This document shows positions 40,280 to 54,375 of a DNA stretch of 64,000 nucleotides, in pieces. The DNA is from Acanthaster planci. Lineage: Eukaryota. The notes under the pieces were generated by a model. That model was given only the letters and a program-made list of their open reading frames with translations. It was not told where the DNA came from and did not search any database. Position 1 is the stretch's first letter; each line of letters opens with the position of its first letter. The translations under genes were made by a program, and so were the position numbers. The stretch is taken from positions 2,276,114-2,340,113 of the forward strand of contig NW_019091357.1 of the NCBI RefSeq assembly GCF_001949145.1. Direction: 5' to 3'.

Positions 40280-40600
40280 TTTCAAGATGGGGATTTCTTA
40301 AAGAGTCATTCTGCGGTCTTTCCTCGGTAAATATGGACGTTTTAAACGAGGTATTAAAATCCCACTGGTACTCTCGATGTTTGAATGAATCCCGTGTATC
40401 GAATTCCCCATTCATGCCACCTCGCTCTCGTCGATAAAACAAAGACCCTTTTCGCATACTTCCCAAATGCTCTCAATTTTGAGTTCCAACCTCAGCCGCT
40501 TGAGCGAATACAGAAGTTTTCACGGTTTTCTCGAGTTCAACAAAGCCACAGGTGTTTTTTCAAAATTAGTTCCGGTGTTATCACTCGGGACTGCCAATAT
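40280..40600 (+). mobile_element. RTE-like LINE RT fossil
   Basis: LNES, FHGFLEFNKA (40518-40547) and FKISSGVITRDC (40559-40594) versus F.AF.DF.KA and F.I.SGVRQGC. Confidence 0.55.
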
Positions 40601-43600
40601 GAACGACTTCTGAAGACAAAAATAGACAACATCAGGCGAATAAAACGGAAATTGACCAATGCATTATTGACGATAGAACTGATTCCCTTGGTAAGATGAA
40701 GATGACAACCACCGCAACGCGTGTTTCTGTGTGATGTCTGTTAATTTAAACATAGGTCTAAATGATAAATCATTCATCTCGAAAGTCTTTTCGTGGGGAG
40801 GGGGTAGAACTTCCGATCTGTCTCTGAATAGCAGCTTACTTCGCTTGTAAGTAGACGCTAAAAGTTTATTTTCAAAATGTATCCAAAGATGATTTCGTTG
40901 TTGTCGATAAGACATCTTAGGATAACAACTTGAAGTTACACGTGCGCAATCTAATGCACAGGTTAAGAATTAAGTAGTGGAAGCCTCTTTCCTTTTAAGA
41001 AAGAGTAATATTCAGCGACAGCAGTGTTCAAACATGTTTTAGATTTGCACATCGAGAACAATGTTTGGCAGAAGGAGAGTTGCTGTTACGTTGTTGGATA
41101 ATTTCATTTTACTCGTCGACCGAAGTCGGGGAATGAGCTAGGCAAAAATTGACCAAGGACTGACATTTTGACCAAAGCTGGCGAAATTCCAAATGGTTCC
41201 CTCTCCCCCTTTCAGAATGTAGGCCTAATTCAGTATTATTTCGGGACCTTAGCCTTAGTTCAAGGCGTTAGATAGGCTGCAATTGAGTGTTAGTTGCTAC
41301 TAGTCGGACAAACTGAAAAATGTATCTTAGAATGACGGGTTTATGGAGTAAAACCAGTCGATCGGACGACCGGAGTAAAATTGAAACCTGCGGATTGTCA
41401 TTTCCCACCAAATGTCATGGTTCGTTTGCTCGACTTCGTTCCAGTTGCAAGATTGCAAAGTTGACGCTTTCACTCCGCACGTGACCGCTGTGGCCACTCT
41501 TACAAGAATCAGAATAAGTTAAACGTGTCATTGAGGGCGCTGTTCATACTATTTGACCGATTGTCATCTAATTTGTCTCATTAATAAATTTATCGTCTCG
41601 GATTTTCTCCCTGTTGATGGATATACGGTCCGAAAAATGTATATTCACTTCATTTCACCAGCCGGTTGAAGGGTTATTTATGAAACCAAAAGACTTTCTC
41701 TTATGAGGATCAATCCGGAAAAGTATTTTTAAAGCTCTTAAGTTTGCGTGTGTGTTTTTTTTAAAATAAGTAACTTGTAATATTGGACTTGGATGTCTTT
41801 ATCTGACGTGCTCATGCACATTGTTCAATCCAGCAGGTGAAGATCAAATAAGGAAGGAAGCATTCAAACTGTGTCAAAAATGAACCAAATTTCGGTTTTC
41901 CCAATGCCTACTTTCTCGTCCAATGCAGACAAAATGAAAAAAGAAATGGAAAACTTATGATTTTATTTTTGTTTTTCTGTAGGGAATTTGTCATTCTGTA
42001 ATATTATTTTTTTTATGAAAATCATTCGCTTGTCTCACTTCAATTGAATTCCTTCCCTGTGGACTTGATGCTGTCTTGCTCTTTCGTCTGTTCACCGTCA
42101 CTTTTAATTTTACACCCGCATGTCAGGATCTGTCTCTTTTTTACCTCGCAAGCAAAATATTTGATCCTTTACCAGCCATCTTTCACAACTCATTTCCAGC
42201 TCTCATTCTCCAAACTCAATCATATAGTATCAACCTCTTTGACAGGTCTAGTTTACTTGAATACCCTAACCCCGCAATTCAGAAAAAGTATAAGAAGAAA
42301 AACCGAAAGACCGAATCACAAAGACACCGTAATGACCTCTCTACCATTGTCAGTGTGCCGAAGAGAAAGAAAGAGGGGAGACTTGAAAAGAACTGAAAAT
42401 GAAAACGAGTGAAAAGAGAGAAAATTGAACCCCAAAATGTGATTTGCAGCGAGAAGGGTTCTGGAGAAAAGACGATTATGGAAGCATTGAGCTTGATAAA
42501 CAGCCGCGCGCTTTGTCCGGTCGAATTCGCGGTCGTTTCTGTTCTCCACTCTCTGTCTCTGTCTTTTTTTTTTTTTCTTTTTTTTTTTTAGGTCATTTGG
42601 TTGTTGGAGCGAGGGTGTCAGAGCGGACACCTTACGGCGGTGCAACGCGCGGTTTCGCCCCAGATTTCGCTAAGCCGATTAGTAGTAGCCGGGCTCTGAC
42701 CGACTGTGAACTTCACTTTCCTCATTATGCACTCCACTTTATTATTATGTTGATTATTATTACTACGACCCCCCCTCCAAAAAGAGATTTTATATTTGAC
42801 TATTTTTTTCGCAAGTGAATTTGTGGGTGGGTGTGTGGATGTGTGTGCGAGTGTGTGTTTTCAGTTACGTGTTTGTCGCCAGGGTTATTGTCGTGCGTTA
42901 TGGTTGGCTTTTGTGAACTCTGTGGTGAACGCAAATGGATGTTATTTTTAAATCTTTAACCACAGAAAATCTTCCCCACATGTATACAGGGCATTTCACT
43001 TTTTATGTGACGCGCCACTTTCTACCTCTCCTACAGTCTGTTTGATAGGAACACCCATCTTCCAGGTGAAATGTATGTTTCAATATGATTGATGCATTTG
43101 CATAATGCTTTGCATACCAGGAGTATATTTCAAAAAATAAGAAATTATTCTCTGAACTGGTGCTGTTTATTATCGGGCGTGTCACTTCATACGGTTGGCA
43201 TCACATGGACTCAACATATGAAATTATTTTTATTAGGTCAGAAGGCCCCGCCCCCTTTGATCTCGCAGCCCAACCGACTGACTGCGGAGGTTATCTGCAT
43301 ATTCGGCTCTCGTGATTACCCAACCATCAGGCAAGCCGATCCGAATGGCCTGCCGCGCGTGGCGGCATTTTAGTCCTGGGCACGGTTTGCGATTGATCTC
43401 GCTGTGATCAATCCGTTCTTCCCGTGACCAGTCCATTCGAGTTCCCGGGGTTTTTTTTAGGACAGGTTAATTTCATGTTTTCTAAACGTAACTCACATCT
43501 CAAAGATGTTCATCATGCATGTTACGGAATCTTTCAAAACATGTACATATGTGTGTTTGCCATTTTGTTTAAATCTAAATAAACTGAAGGATTCCTGGGA

Positions 43601-43699
43601 AAAACCGTGCTTTCAGACTAATCGGATCTTTTAAGCGTAAGCCTACAACTACATAAAGAGTCAATATTGAAGTTCAAACTGGAGCATCTTGGAGATGTT

Positions 43700-44065
43700 T
43701 TTGTATATGAAGTATTTAGGAACAAATAATGTATAGAAAACGTCTCGTCTTTGAAAGTTATAGCCGCGATCTTATCCGTTAAACATTGGTAATTAAAATG
43801 GTCAGTTTGGCTGTACTGCGCGTCTCGTATATACATGTACTTGTATTTAAAGTCACTTTGTAAGTTGCACAGTGAACCAAAAATGTACAGTTGCCACGCC
43901 ACAGATTATATACCCCATGGAAATGTGGAAAGGGAAAATATAAACCACCTCCAACGTGAGCAAATTCGTCCAACAAGTAAATCATTATTGTACCTGAAGT
44001 CGCCGACAGCTTTAGACGTAATTGTGTACAGTTTTTGTTGATCTTCACGCGCTGTGGGTGAGACT
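43700..44065 (-). mobile_element. Two LINE RT fossils in non-colinear order
   Basis: QRVKIN...IMIYLLDEF (QRVKIN at 44037-44054; domain 4 side) lies upstream on the minus strand of LTDKIAA..KDETFSI..FLNTS (43708-43782; domains 2-3). Confidence 0.5.
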
Positions 44066-47000
44066 CCACAAAAATAAATCATTTCATATGATTTGGAATC
44101 CATTCGGTATACGTTCACCTGTCTGCGACCACTACAATGTAATGGTTGTCTTGTCGATGCTTTCATCAAATACCAATATGGCGGCGTGCTCCCTCTAAAT
44201 AATATGTTGAGGGCTCACTCCGATGAGCATAATACTTTCGGAAATACTGTCATGGTCTTGTTTCCAGTTTTTCTTTTCGTTGACTTCGTGTACGTCACGA
44301 TTGACTGCCACGATGTCGAGTCGTTGGGCGGCTGTAACGTGCTCTTACTAGTTGTTATGGGGAGTTTTGTTAACAGACGTAATCAAGTGGGACGTAAACA
44401 CGTCCGATTCTTTGATGAAGAGGCACCCGAGTTTTAGTTTTCAGGGTTTTACAGCTTCGCTTCTCGTTCACTTTTCCTTCAGCAACTGACAGACTCTCAC
44501 GTGAGGTGTGTCGACGACCCTTATCCTTTTTTTTTTAAACACACTTGGCAGAACTGGACGACGGGGCGGGTCAACCAGGGTCAGCAAAAAGGGCCCCGTA
44601 TAGATGAAAGGCAATCTAGGGTGCAGCGGGTGCCTTCATCAATCGCACTATCGAGTGGACGGGGGGTCGGGCCGGCCAGAGCCGCCGTGTCAGGGAACTT
44701 GAAAGGCGATCTCCGGGATGGGGTTACGGGCCGGCCCGGGTCCCTGGTATATATGTGGCGTCCAGCGCACTCCTCTGCTACGCAGAGTCTTATTTCATCC
44801 ATTTGTCGATTGCCGGGAAGAGGCTGAGACAGAGAATCGAGAGACAGAGGAAAGATAGTAAGGAGATTTTCTTCCCCTATACATCTTGACCGCGTCACCG
44901 CTAACGATTCTGCGCGGCTCATGATGCGAGATGCAGCGAGGCAGCAAGCTTTTACTTTGACGAAATGTACACAAAATGTCTACATTCCCTACCCATAGCC
45001 AGATGACAAAGATTTGGCCTTCTCTGTCTGCATTTAGTTGTGGAAGACACATCTAAAAGAGGAGAATCTCACAAACGTGAAGACATCTCTGCTTATCGTG
45101 ATAAAAGAGCTCTGTGGATGACCATTTTTAGAAATTAGCAGACGCTGCGTGGACATTTTTTTTTGGTGCGAATTTTGTTAAAAACCGACACTTTAATCTT
45201 GCCAGTCCTGGAATTTCAGAAAATTGAGAAAGTTCATACTTTGATGCGCTTGTTTATGAATTCCAGGGTAAAATTAATTAAACAAGCATGGAACAGTGCA
45301 GCAGCCAGATTATGTAGCCTTAGCGCCCTCTGTCGATATACATGTCACAGATCCACTCAGTAAAACAATCTTTTTGGTCGAAGAATTGTAGGCTTTCTGC
45401 TGTGACAGTCTTCATCACAAGGTACAGATAAAGGCAGTTCAGCGAGGTCATAGTTTCAACCAGAATGGCATCTTATTATTGCCATGGAAACTGAAAACCA
45501 TCTCTGTTTACATCAGCCGGTTTTCGACTGCCGGCAGATACGTCTAGAGGGCGCCAGCACTAGTGATTCGAGTCTACCCAGAACCCATCAGTTGATTTTT
45601 CCAGGTTTTTGGTATCCCAACTCGGTCCTCATGTTGGCATTTATGTCTTGGACGTTTCCTCCCTGAAGTGGCAACCGGCATAACATTCCTCCAGTGAGAT
45701 CTCGCCCGACGCATCGGTTGTAGCGATTTACGAGTCCGGGTTTGACAGGGAGGCTAAAACTAGATATTGCGGTTAATTCTGCCGACCTCAAACAACATGC
45801 ATCAATTCCACCATCGACTGCGTCTTTTTCATTTCCCATTGTGGTACTATCATCTGCCAATGCGGACGTTGTCCTACTTCCAAAATCTGATTCCAAGCGA
45901 TAGTCTGTATTGCCTTACTCATTCCCTTTCTTCCACTATCTGTCCTGGTTTCAACCTACATAGATAACATCACAACAAATCAGCGTCCCACCGCTGCTAG
46001 ATGGGTTTTAGCTTCCTCGGGCGTCTTCGCTTTTAGTTCTCCCAACGCCCGCAGGCTTCTTCGTCTTTCTTCCGCATTTACGAGATGTCGAACCATAGTA
46101 AAAAAAAAAAGATCCATGCATCCTGTTGACCAGTTCGGACATCCGAGTTCCATATCCTCGCAAAGAGAACATAAAGCGTCTTGATTGACGTCTAGGTTCG
46201 TTCTTCAATCAGGTGGCCTCGTTTTGCTGTGGCCGCGATATGTCTCATCTCCTTCGGTCTTGCTGTCCGTCTGAACTTGTTCGTTTGTGTCATTTGGCAG
46301 TATTCACGTTGTGTTTGGGGAGGAGGTTGTAATGTGCGAGATGCAAGTCTTACAGAGCTGATAGTCCCTGCGTTCTTGAACCTTTAAAAAGACATTCAAA
46401 GTTTTCACATTGGTGATAATGCTCGTTTGCTTGCTTGAGTTGTTAGCCAAGCGAGTTGAGTGCTGGTTGAATATTTATATACTGAGTCACAATGATAACA
46501 AATATTGTCGTGTGATTTTTGTAGTTCTTACAACAGGCTATAGCCTTTGCCAGCAGGTTGTACCCAATGCTTGCACTCGCTTTTGCAGGTCTTCTGAATT
46601 CGGACTATTTAGCGCACTTTTATTCCCCACCAATTGATGTGTGCTTCCGTGAGAATTCGTAATATCAGATGCTGTTGTTTTTAAGCGTTTCTTTGCTTCT
46701 GCAAGTTACAAAAACGTTTGCCCAATACATAGTTGGCAACACACCGAGCGCTTTGTCCTTACTCCTAAACTCACGGCCCCGCGCCACCTTGCAATCAGGT
46801 GGGCCAAATTAGGGGGGGAAATGATAACATTTTAGGAGACTAATAAGTTTGGAGTCGGGTTCGGTCTCTGAGGCAAGTGGTTAAACCTTGTGGACACTGG
46901 ACGCTGGAGTTCGCGCGGGACGGCGGAGTTATTTTACCCGACGGCCCAGCGGGAATCCAAGGCGCTAGAGATACGGTCATTTCGCGTCACGGCTCCCCTT

Positions 47001-47354
47001 GCAAGAAAAACAACAATAGGCCGAATGTCTCAAATTTTGGTGGCGAGATTTGTGGAGTTGGGTTACGTGTGATGCAGCCCCTTGACTACAATCTGTGGAA
47101 AATGAAAGAGGAAAATTCCCCCTTTCGGGCCTTTTTAAGGTGAGGATTCAAACAATAATTGATATTGAGCACGCCTTACTTTTACGTAATCAGAAAATGT
47201 GTTGTTGGAGTAAGGTCCCCTTTTCAAATCTAAGGTTCACCTGTGATTAAAAATTGCCTTTTGGGGTCCATACTCACACAGTAACCTTGGAGACCAGACA
47301 CACGATTGTCTGTTCCTCTCGTTTTTTTTTTTTTTTTTTGTACTTTTTTTGGAA

Positions 47355-47525
47355 ATATGAGGCACTCATCGCTCGATGAAGCAACAGTGCATCAGTTTGT
47401 CCAGTGGGGGCGTGGTTGGCATCAATTGTCTCCTGACTTTGGGAAGACTGAGAACAGGAATGCCCGGTCCCCAGTCGCCATTTGAGATGGTGTAACTGTA
47501 ACACCCTCGATATCCATGTACAGGA
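47355..47525 (-). mobile_element. LINE RT fossil (domains 2-3)
   Basis: GHSC (47454-47465) and GQTDALLL (47379-47402) versus GHSCETQL and G.QTD.ILLDF. Confidence 0.5.
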
Positions 47526-48549
47526 CAACAATCAGGGTGTCAATTTAACATCACTTCAACACCACAGTGTTTTTGCAGCGGGGCCAACTCCGACCGTGCT
47601 GTGCATGACCAGGTCCCTATCGGTGCATGCGTCTCCGCCCCCGTAGCTTGAACGTCCATGCTGCGCGCGGCGTAACAGGCGAGCCGTTCTCGACTTCACT
47701 TGTCATCCCGGGGACCTTGAGACCCTTAATCAGACCACGGGTGCCCGATATTACCCGGCCCGGCCCACCTGACATCTGAAATTAATCACTCCTGGTTTTC
47801 ACGAGGTCTTCGCGGACGTCAGCCGCCAGATTACCGCTTCATTATACCTGTACACCGACACGACAGACGCGCAACGAGGTTGTCCCTCGGTGGACGAACA
47901 ACTCTCCTCCTCTCTCGCTACTTCTCAATATTAGTCGTCATAATTAGTGTTTTTTTTCTCCCCAAACGCTGTAATAGCGTCTTTGGTCCATTCTGTCTTC
48001 TCCCGGCCAGTCCAGTCCCCGCACACCTGTGTGTAATCAACGGAGTCCACCCCCTGGACATTTATAAGGAGGGCAAAGGACTGACCATTCCCTCCGGCTG
48101 TCCAAAGTTGCGCATCTTGTCTTCTTTTCTTTTTTTCCTCCCCTCGGTCTCCAAACCACAAGAAGGAGAAGAGGGCAGAGAGAGAGAAGGGGAAAGTGAA
48201 GGGTGGAGAAAATGAATTAGTGTTTGGATCAGCTGCCGTGAATGGTGCGGGAGAAAGAAATGATTAATCCGCAGGGGAGAGGGGGATATTGTGGAAGTAG
48301 ACCCGCTCGCTCTGTCCATGTCAACTCGTTATAAAAGTGTGAGTCACTACAACAACAACACACACATACGCGGGTACGACGAATTGGATTATTTCATTAA
48401 TTCATTACTTTGAATTGATATTGTAGATCCTTGTGTCCTCTCCCTCGCCCAAGACGCTTCAAGGCTTGTAAAGATACTGAAATTTATTTGCTTAATTCGC
48501 GGGGTTTTTTCCCTCTTCTTCCTCTTCGTTTCTTGGTCAAGATTTCGAG

Positions 48550-48825
48550 ATTTGCTAAGGACCCCTGCGAGGTTTCTTGCCCTAAACTGTCCTTAACCAA
48601 CAGCACCATGCCCCTGGGACAAAGCCCTCCCTTTATTTTTAAGTCGACGTTAATAAAACCTAAATAGTCTTCGTGGCTGACCATGCAGGCGTTAACAGCC
48701 TCATGAATTATGCTCGGCCTGTGTACTGACATCAAAGAAGCTGTGCTTAAGAAACATAACATCATCAGCAGAGTGGGCAATGGTCTCCAAAAGTTACAGT
48801 CTTTCGTCTGACATTTTCCACAAGT
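48550..48825 (-). mobile_element. LINE RT fossil (domains 1-4, internally deleted)
   Basis: DCNFWRPLPTLL (48766-48801), YLGFINVDL (48640-48666) and SQGSL (48556-48570) in one frame. Confidence 0.55.
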
Positions 48826-50874
48826 TATGATTCTCTGAGGTACCGGACGCATACCTCATTCAAGCTTAATGTTGATAAATTCGGCGTTAACTTAAGAGCG
48901 GCATGAATTCGTACAAAATGTAACCATTTCTGTCATGTAATTGTTTACATATCTGTCAACAAAAGTTCTTAGATGGCGCAGTTTTGTTTGATCCGAATGT
49001 TTCTCCATCCGCAAGGCCTGACGTTCGTTCGTGAAATCCGCCACTCGGCAGTGAAAGTGCAACCCTATATTGAGCTGTCATTCATTGACCCAAGTTTCGG
49101 ATATTAATGGCTCTTTTCACTCGAATGCTGAGCATCAATCCTTCCTGAAATGCTTTACCCATTGACTCCCGAGTTTGTGGTGTGCAGAGCGCGACTAGTG
49201 TACAGCGAGGGAAAGGCTTGAGCACACGTATCTCAGCATGCATGCCCCCGCCCCGTCGCCATTATCAATTTCTGCGCGTTTCTTGCATGAGCTCACCGCA
49301 TATCGGAGGCAGGGTTCGGTGGGCTGGAACGCAGGTGTGCACGGTCGTGGCCTGGCCAGTGGTCGCGGTCTATAGCTGTTTGGCGGTCAGGTCAAGCGTG
49401 TACCGCTGCCGCGTTAACCCTCTGCCTTGCACTTTCCCCCGCAACTCTAATGAGCAAACCGCACAATATTCAGGTTACAGATGTGAGTGACACCCCCCCT
49501 CGAAATGCCAATATTCGCAGTCTCATTCCTGGCCCAGCAATCTTGACATTCCCCCTCATTCACGTCACTTTTATCGAAAATCCCCAATTGCTAGAAATGT
49601 CCATCTTCAAAGAATCTCCTTTGAAGTTAAACGCGCGATATGGCTATTCTAATCCTGACCAATATTCAACTGTTTGTTCAAAATTTATTTCTTAAAATTG
49701 GGAATCTTTTTTTTTCATTATTTTGTGTTATTGAAACCGTTCCTCTGTTCCCCAAACCATGATAGCTTCTCAGGTTAACATGCTATAAATCTGACCAAAG
49801 AATAAGACATATATTTCAGTTCATAACATGTAAACCGTCCACTTTGCCTGTGTTATTTCTGCACGTTGTACTTGGAGCCTTGAAATTAATTATCAAATGT
49901 CCATTGGGTCGAGAGGTTGTTTATTTAGGTTTCGTTTTCGGCCAGGCAACTATAATGTGAGGGATTTACCCACTCCTCCCGCCTGCAGGGTCTCAAAGAT
50001 CTCGTCTTTTGGGCTTCTCTTCTGAGCCCATGCACCAGCGGGTGGCGCGCTCGCTCAGGTTTGTAAACGGCTGGGACCTGGGCTGGGACCTTCAGGTTTT
50101 GAGGACTCTTCTCGCTTGACATCGAGTTGGGTGGCTGACGATGTTTGTTTTGTTTCCATAATCAAAACGCGGGCGTCACTTGGATGACATTCGAGTGATA
50201 TCGGCGAGTTATTAGCCAGGCCAAGGCAACGAGACAAGCAGCTCTTGTTGCCGTCTTTGGATTCGTGCTTATCTTCGAGAAACACAGCTTTTGTTGACAA
50301 TTTTCTGTAGGTATGATCCACTCAAGTAGAGGCACGCTCTGCCCAGTTCATATCGCTGGGATATTTTTTGGAAACTTCTTGGAGGTCAGCCTTTTTTGTC
50401 ATTTCTTTACCTTCTTATTTTCTTCCAACTATTACTGTAGTTGTAGAAGTACCCGAACACGGAGAAGTCTTTACAGGGAGATGTGAACAAATGTTCGATG
50501 GATTTAAATTTCGCACAAAAAAACCTTGTTCAGTGCCTCGTGCGACAGGGACCTCAAGATGCCAACTGCAACGTAGGATTTGAAAAACCTTGCTGTTGAC
50601 ATTGAGACACAGAATGCGTTCCCAGGACGACAGAAAAAGTGGCCCACAAACGTGCTTTTGGCCTCAAATTGCGCACCATTAGCTACCCGGTGGGCACCTG
50701 TTTCGTCCCGCTAACGTCGCCCTCTCTCATGTCAGACAGCGGGACATCAGGACGACCCCGAGGCCGTTCACCGGCAACCCAACACCGCCACGCGCCACGG
50801 GTAGGCTCTGCCTAGCCCGGCCCCGGTCCTGGCCCCGCTGCCCATACCTAGCCCCTCTTCGGCATGCGCTGGCT

Positions 50875-51210
50875 TTTGATGGTCAACAACACAAGTCCTC
50901 ACGATCCCCTCGTCACGAGGTAGACAGAACCAAGGCCAGTGACCAGGTTGGAATGTGAACCCAGGACAGAGTTCAAGCCTAATTTCTTTTCCCTTTTATT
51001 TCGGCGGGGCAAAAGTGCGCCGTAACAGTATCGCCGCATCAATTCCAGTTCGAAATCCCCGTAGAAAGGAGTTGGATATTGGACATAAATTGGGATGACA
51101 GGCCTGGTTAACCGCAAAGCAACGGGAAAATAATTGGAAATAATGGAGAATGATGCTTTCCACTACATTGACCCAGTATTGATATAACAGAATACGAATA
51201 CGGCCATTCC
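50875..51210 (-). mobile_element. LINE RT fossil (domains 1-3)
   Basis: SVISILG / VVESII (51149-51166), GFRTG (51044-51058), KGKEIR and GL..YL..RG..GLVL..IKS, all in canonical order. Confidence 0.65.
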
Positions 51211-52777
51211 AAGACACCGAACTTTAAAATTTCAACCCCGAACACTTGTAATTCAGACTAAAGCTATGAGATTTAAGAATCTTTGCTGTATACCTGGGCT
51301 GTTCGACGCATAACTGATTGGTTACTTGTGAAGGAAGTATACCGCAACTTGCCACAGAGATCTCAGCGATGTAATATATGAAATGTTAAATCGTTACTTT
51401 TATCGAAAACACCCAACTTCAACACCAGAGAGAATGGCTTACAAAGTAAAAGGAAGAAAGAATGACAACGTCACAGATGTAAGGAAGTCAGCATGCGCAT
51501 GTAATAAGATTATTGAAAAGGAAGCAGACTTAATTATTTTAGCGGTGCTCGACATCTCTCAAAAGCAAGTTCCCGTGAGTGCGTTAAGTAACAACCTGTC
51601 CGCCCGCCACGTGCAGCACACCGTACAGGAACCGGCCACCTTCAAAAACAAGAGGCGAGCCATTCTGGCAGGCGGGCCGCGGTAGCGGGGAACGGGGCAG
51701 GTAGGGTTACCCGCCCGCAGTCAGTTTCACACGGTGCGCCAGGGCCTGGACCGCATCGGGGGCCCGGGCTGTGACAACCTGGGACGGCACGCCGGCACCC
51801 GGGAACTTCCCCTCCATTCACCTGCTGGCCGGCGCAGTGCTCGCCCATTATTCGCACGGGCCGCCGCCAAATGGTGTCCCCCCTTCCCCACCCCCTACTC
51901 CCCAACTTTCTTGCCTGCGAATTGTCTGGCTCATATGAAAAGTGGTTCGCTTGCATCTCGGCATCTGTCCGATACCGTGTCGGCGGCTCCTTAATTCGAA
52001 ATTAATTAATCCGGTGTATGCCTAAGTTAATAAGATTCTCCGTCGCGGAGAACAGTCTGTCTCGAGAAAGCGAAAAGGAATTTTGTCACTTTAAAAAAAA
52101 AAGTGTTCTGTGGTAAATCAAACATGTTTGATTTAATCAGACACTTTTGCTGTTTCAGATATCTGGAAACATTCACAGCAAAATATTGCCGCTCCATGTG
52201 ATGAGGGGATTGTCTAACTACGTTTGAGAAATTCAACATGAAAGCCACAACTGTTCTTGACGGAATACACTTCCTTCTTTGGACCTTGAATAAATCATTT
52301 CACCAGCGCGCGGTGATAAAAGCGGCTTGTGAGCATTAATTTGACGCATCAGTGTGAACTGCAAAATTTCGAGCAGGTCTGTTGTCATTTGAGAATTCAC
52401 AGGTGAAGATACGAGACTTAATGTCGTCGCTATCAGGGGGAGCTCCTCGCCACAATTTGCGCAGGGTGCATGCCTTGGCGTTCCAAACAAGAGATTACCC
52501 GCCACGATCCCCACGCGAAACATGGCGCGATAGTGTGCGCCGAATATCATAGGGGAATATCTGGAGTGCAGTGGGAAATCTTATGAAACATCTCCGGCTC
52601 CGTCTCTCGGCGCAAGTGGCAAGTTGGAGAGGAAGGGGAAAAGAGAAAAAAAAGGGGGTAACGACCGCGCGCGGCGCGTCCGAGCAATCGGTCGAGCTGT
52701 CTCTCATCGACTGACCGTGAACTATTACTTGATGCCCCGCTAAGGTGAATGAACGCGCCCGCTGTAACCCCCCCCCC

Positions 52778-52779
52778 NN
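52778..52779. other. Two undetermined bases in a poly-C run
   Basis: 'nn' in the sequence. Confidence 1.
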
Positions 52780-53094
52780 CCCCCGCCGATTCCGACACCG
52801 TACGACCCGGGACGAAGATGGCAACACGTCTTAATTCCTGGGGATCACTGCCGATCAGCGGCGAAAGATGTACTTTCAATTTTTTTTTTTATTTTGAGAC
52901 ACAAGGTTTGAGATCGTGTTTCAAGAGGTTCTGTTTACAATCACGAACGACAATCAGCTTCGAACGCCGGTGGAAAAAAATGCCGGCATTTGACACGAGC
53001 ATCCAAATTGTTGCCGATGCCGCTGTGTTCAGCTGGTGTTAGATAAACTAGCGCAGTTTACAGGTGACTCTGTTTGTCCCTAGAGGGTGTTGTG

Positions 53095-53250
53095 TAAACA
53101 TGTCAATAAGAGAGCGCCCTCTTTTGATTTTCCTCCTAAGAAAGCCCCACGACTGTAAAAGTTGTTCTTTCCAGGCTAATTTTCCATATTTAACCGTGCA
53201 AACCTTGCAACAAAATCTGGTTAATTTCCTGACATTCTTTTTAAACAAAT
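53095..53250 (-). mobile_element. I/Jockey-like LINE RT fossil (domains 1-2)
   Basis: KLTRFCCKV (53201-53227)..LAWKEQLLQSWGF..GRSLID (53102-53119) versus SLTS..CK...L.W.LE..LL..Q.GFR.GRSTID. Confidence 0.6.
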
Positions 53251-54164
53251 CAGAGAGATTTCACACACCCACCTTCTTTAAGGCGAACTTGACGAAAAGG
53301 GAGAAAAGTCAATATTTTGGCTTTTGGATAGCAAAACAGTCAGAGAGAAAAAAAATACAGCAGAACATATAGAGAGAAAAAAATAGGAAAAACATTTGCC
53401 GAGGCGAACATCACACCGACTTCATTCCAATGCCCTCTGAACTCTCGTTCGAGTTCAAGACGCCCTCCCGCGTCGGCGCAGGTGTCACTGCCGGTTACTG
53501 ACCGAGATGCGGGCGCATTCTTGATACCAGTCGTATCTCCATTCTTATATTTAGCAATTTGAGGAATTAGCGAACACAAACACGATAGGGCCGCTCAGAG
53601 CTCGACGTGTCACGTCGCAACAGGAGGTGTCTTCTTGGTCACTTGATGCGACATTCTCTTTCCAGGGAGGAAATAATCGATTCATTTTTTTTCAAAACCC
53701 TTGGTTCCCAAAATGCTTAAGTGGTATTCACACTGAAAGATCTTCTTGTCGCCATTTGACATAATCAAGCGTCCAGAAATGAATTTTCCCAAAGTGTGTT
53801 GCATAACCTTTGAAATTTGTGGACTTCTTTTTTTTCACACGGACTGTTGCAACATTCGTATATAGGTCAAGCAGGATCCCAAGTACGTGTGACCTATCGC
53901 GACCGTCAGTTCAAAGGAAAGGATTTTGCCAACTTTCACTTGGGAGGCAACGGTTTTAGTTTCATTACATTTTTGAAGCCCCGTCCATCACAATCGCCAC
54001 AAATAGAATGTTCTGCAGTGCTGTAAGCTTCACCACTTTGAGCCTTGAGATACTCTATGGTTGTTTGCTGTGGTACCTTGGAGACTAAACCAGACTCTAA
54101 AATTGGACACTGTTGTTCAAGTCAAGCCTAGTTTTCATAGCATGAAATTACTTGAAAAAAAGTC

Positions 54165-54375
54165 GTCAGGTTTTGGACATTCAGTAAAATGTTCTCAACT
54201 TTAGAATGTACCTCGATTGTGTGGACGCTTTGGCCGACGTTTGACCAGTTTCTCGGCTTATTTTGTAGGTTCTCAAGTCATTCATCAAATTTGTCTGTTC
54301 GCATTGACTCGGGAGTATTCTCGTCAACGACAAATAGTATAAACATTGAGATTGCGCCCCATGGAAAAGTAGCAG
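54165..54375 (+). mobile_element. LINE RT fossil (domains 3-4)
   Basis: LDI-SKMF (54173-54194, one extra base) and SVRIDSG...IN..APHGKV (54294-54371) versus LDISKAF and V.IDG..S..IN.GVPQGSV. Confidence 0.55.
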
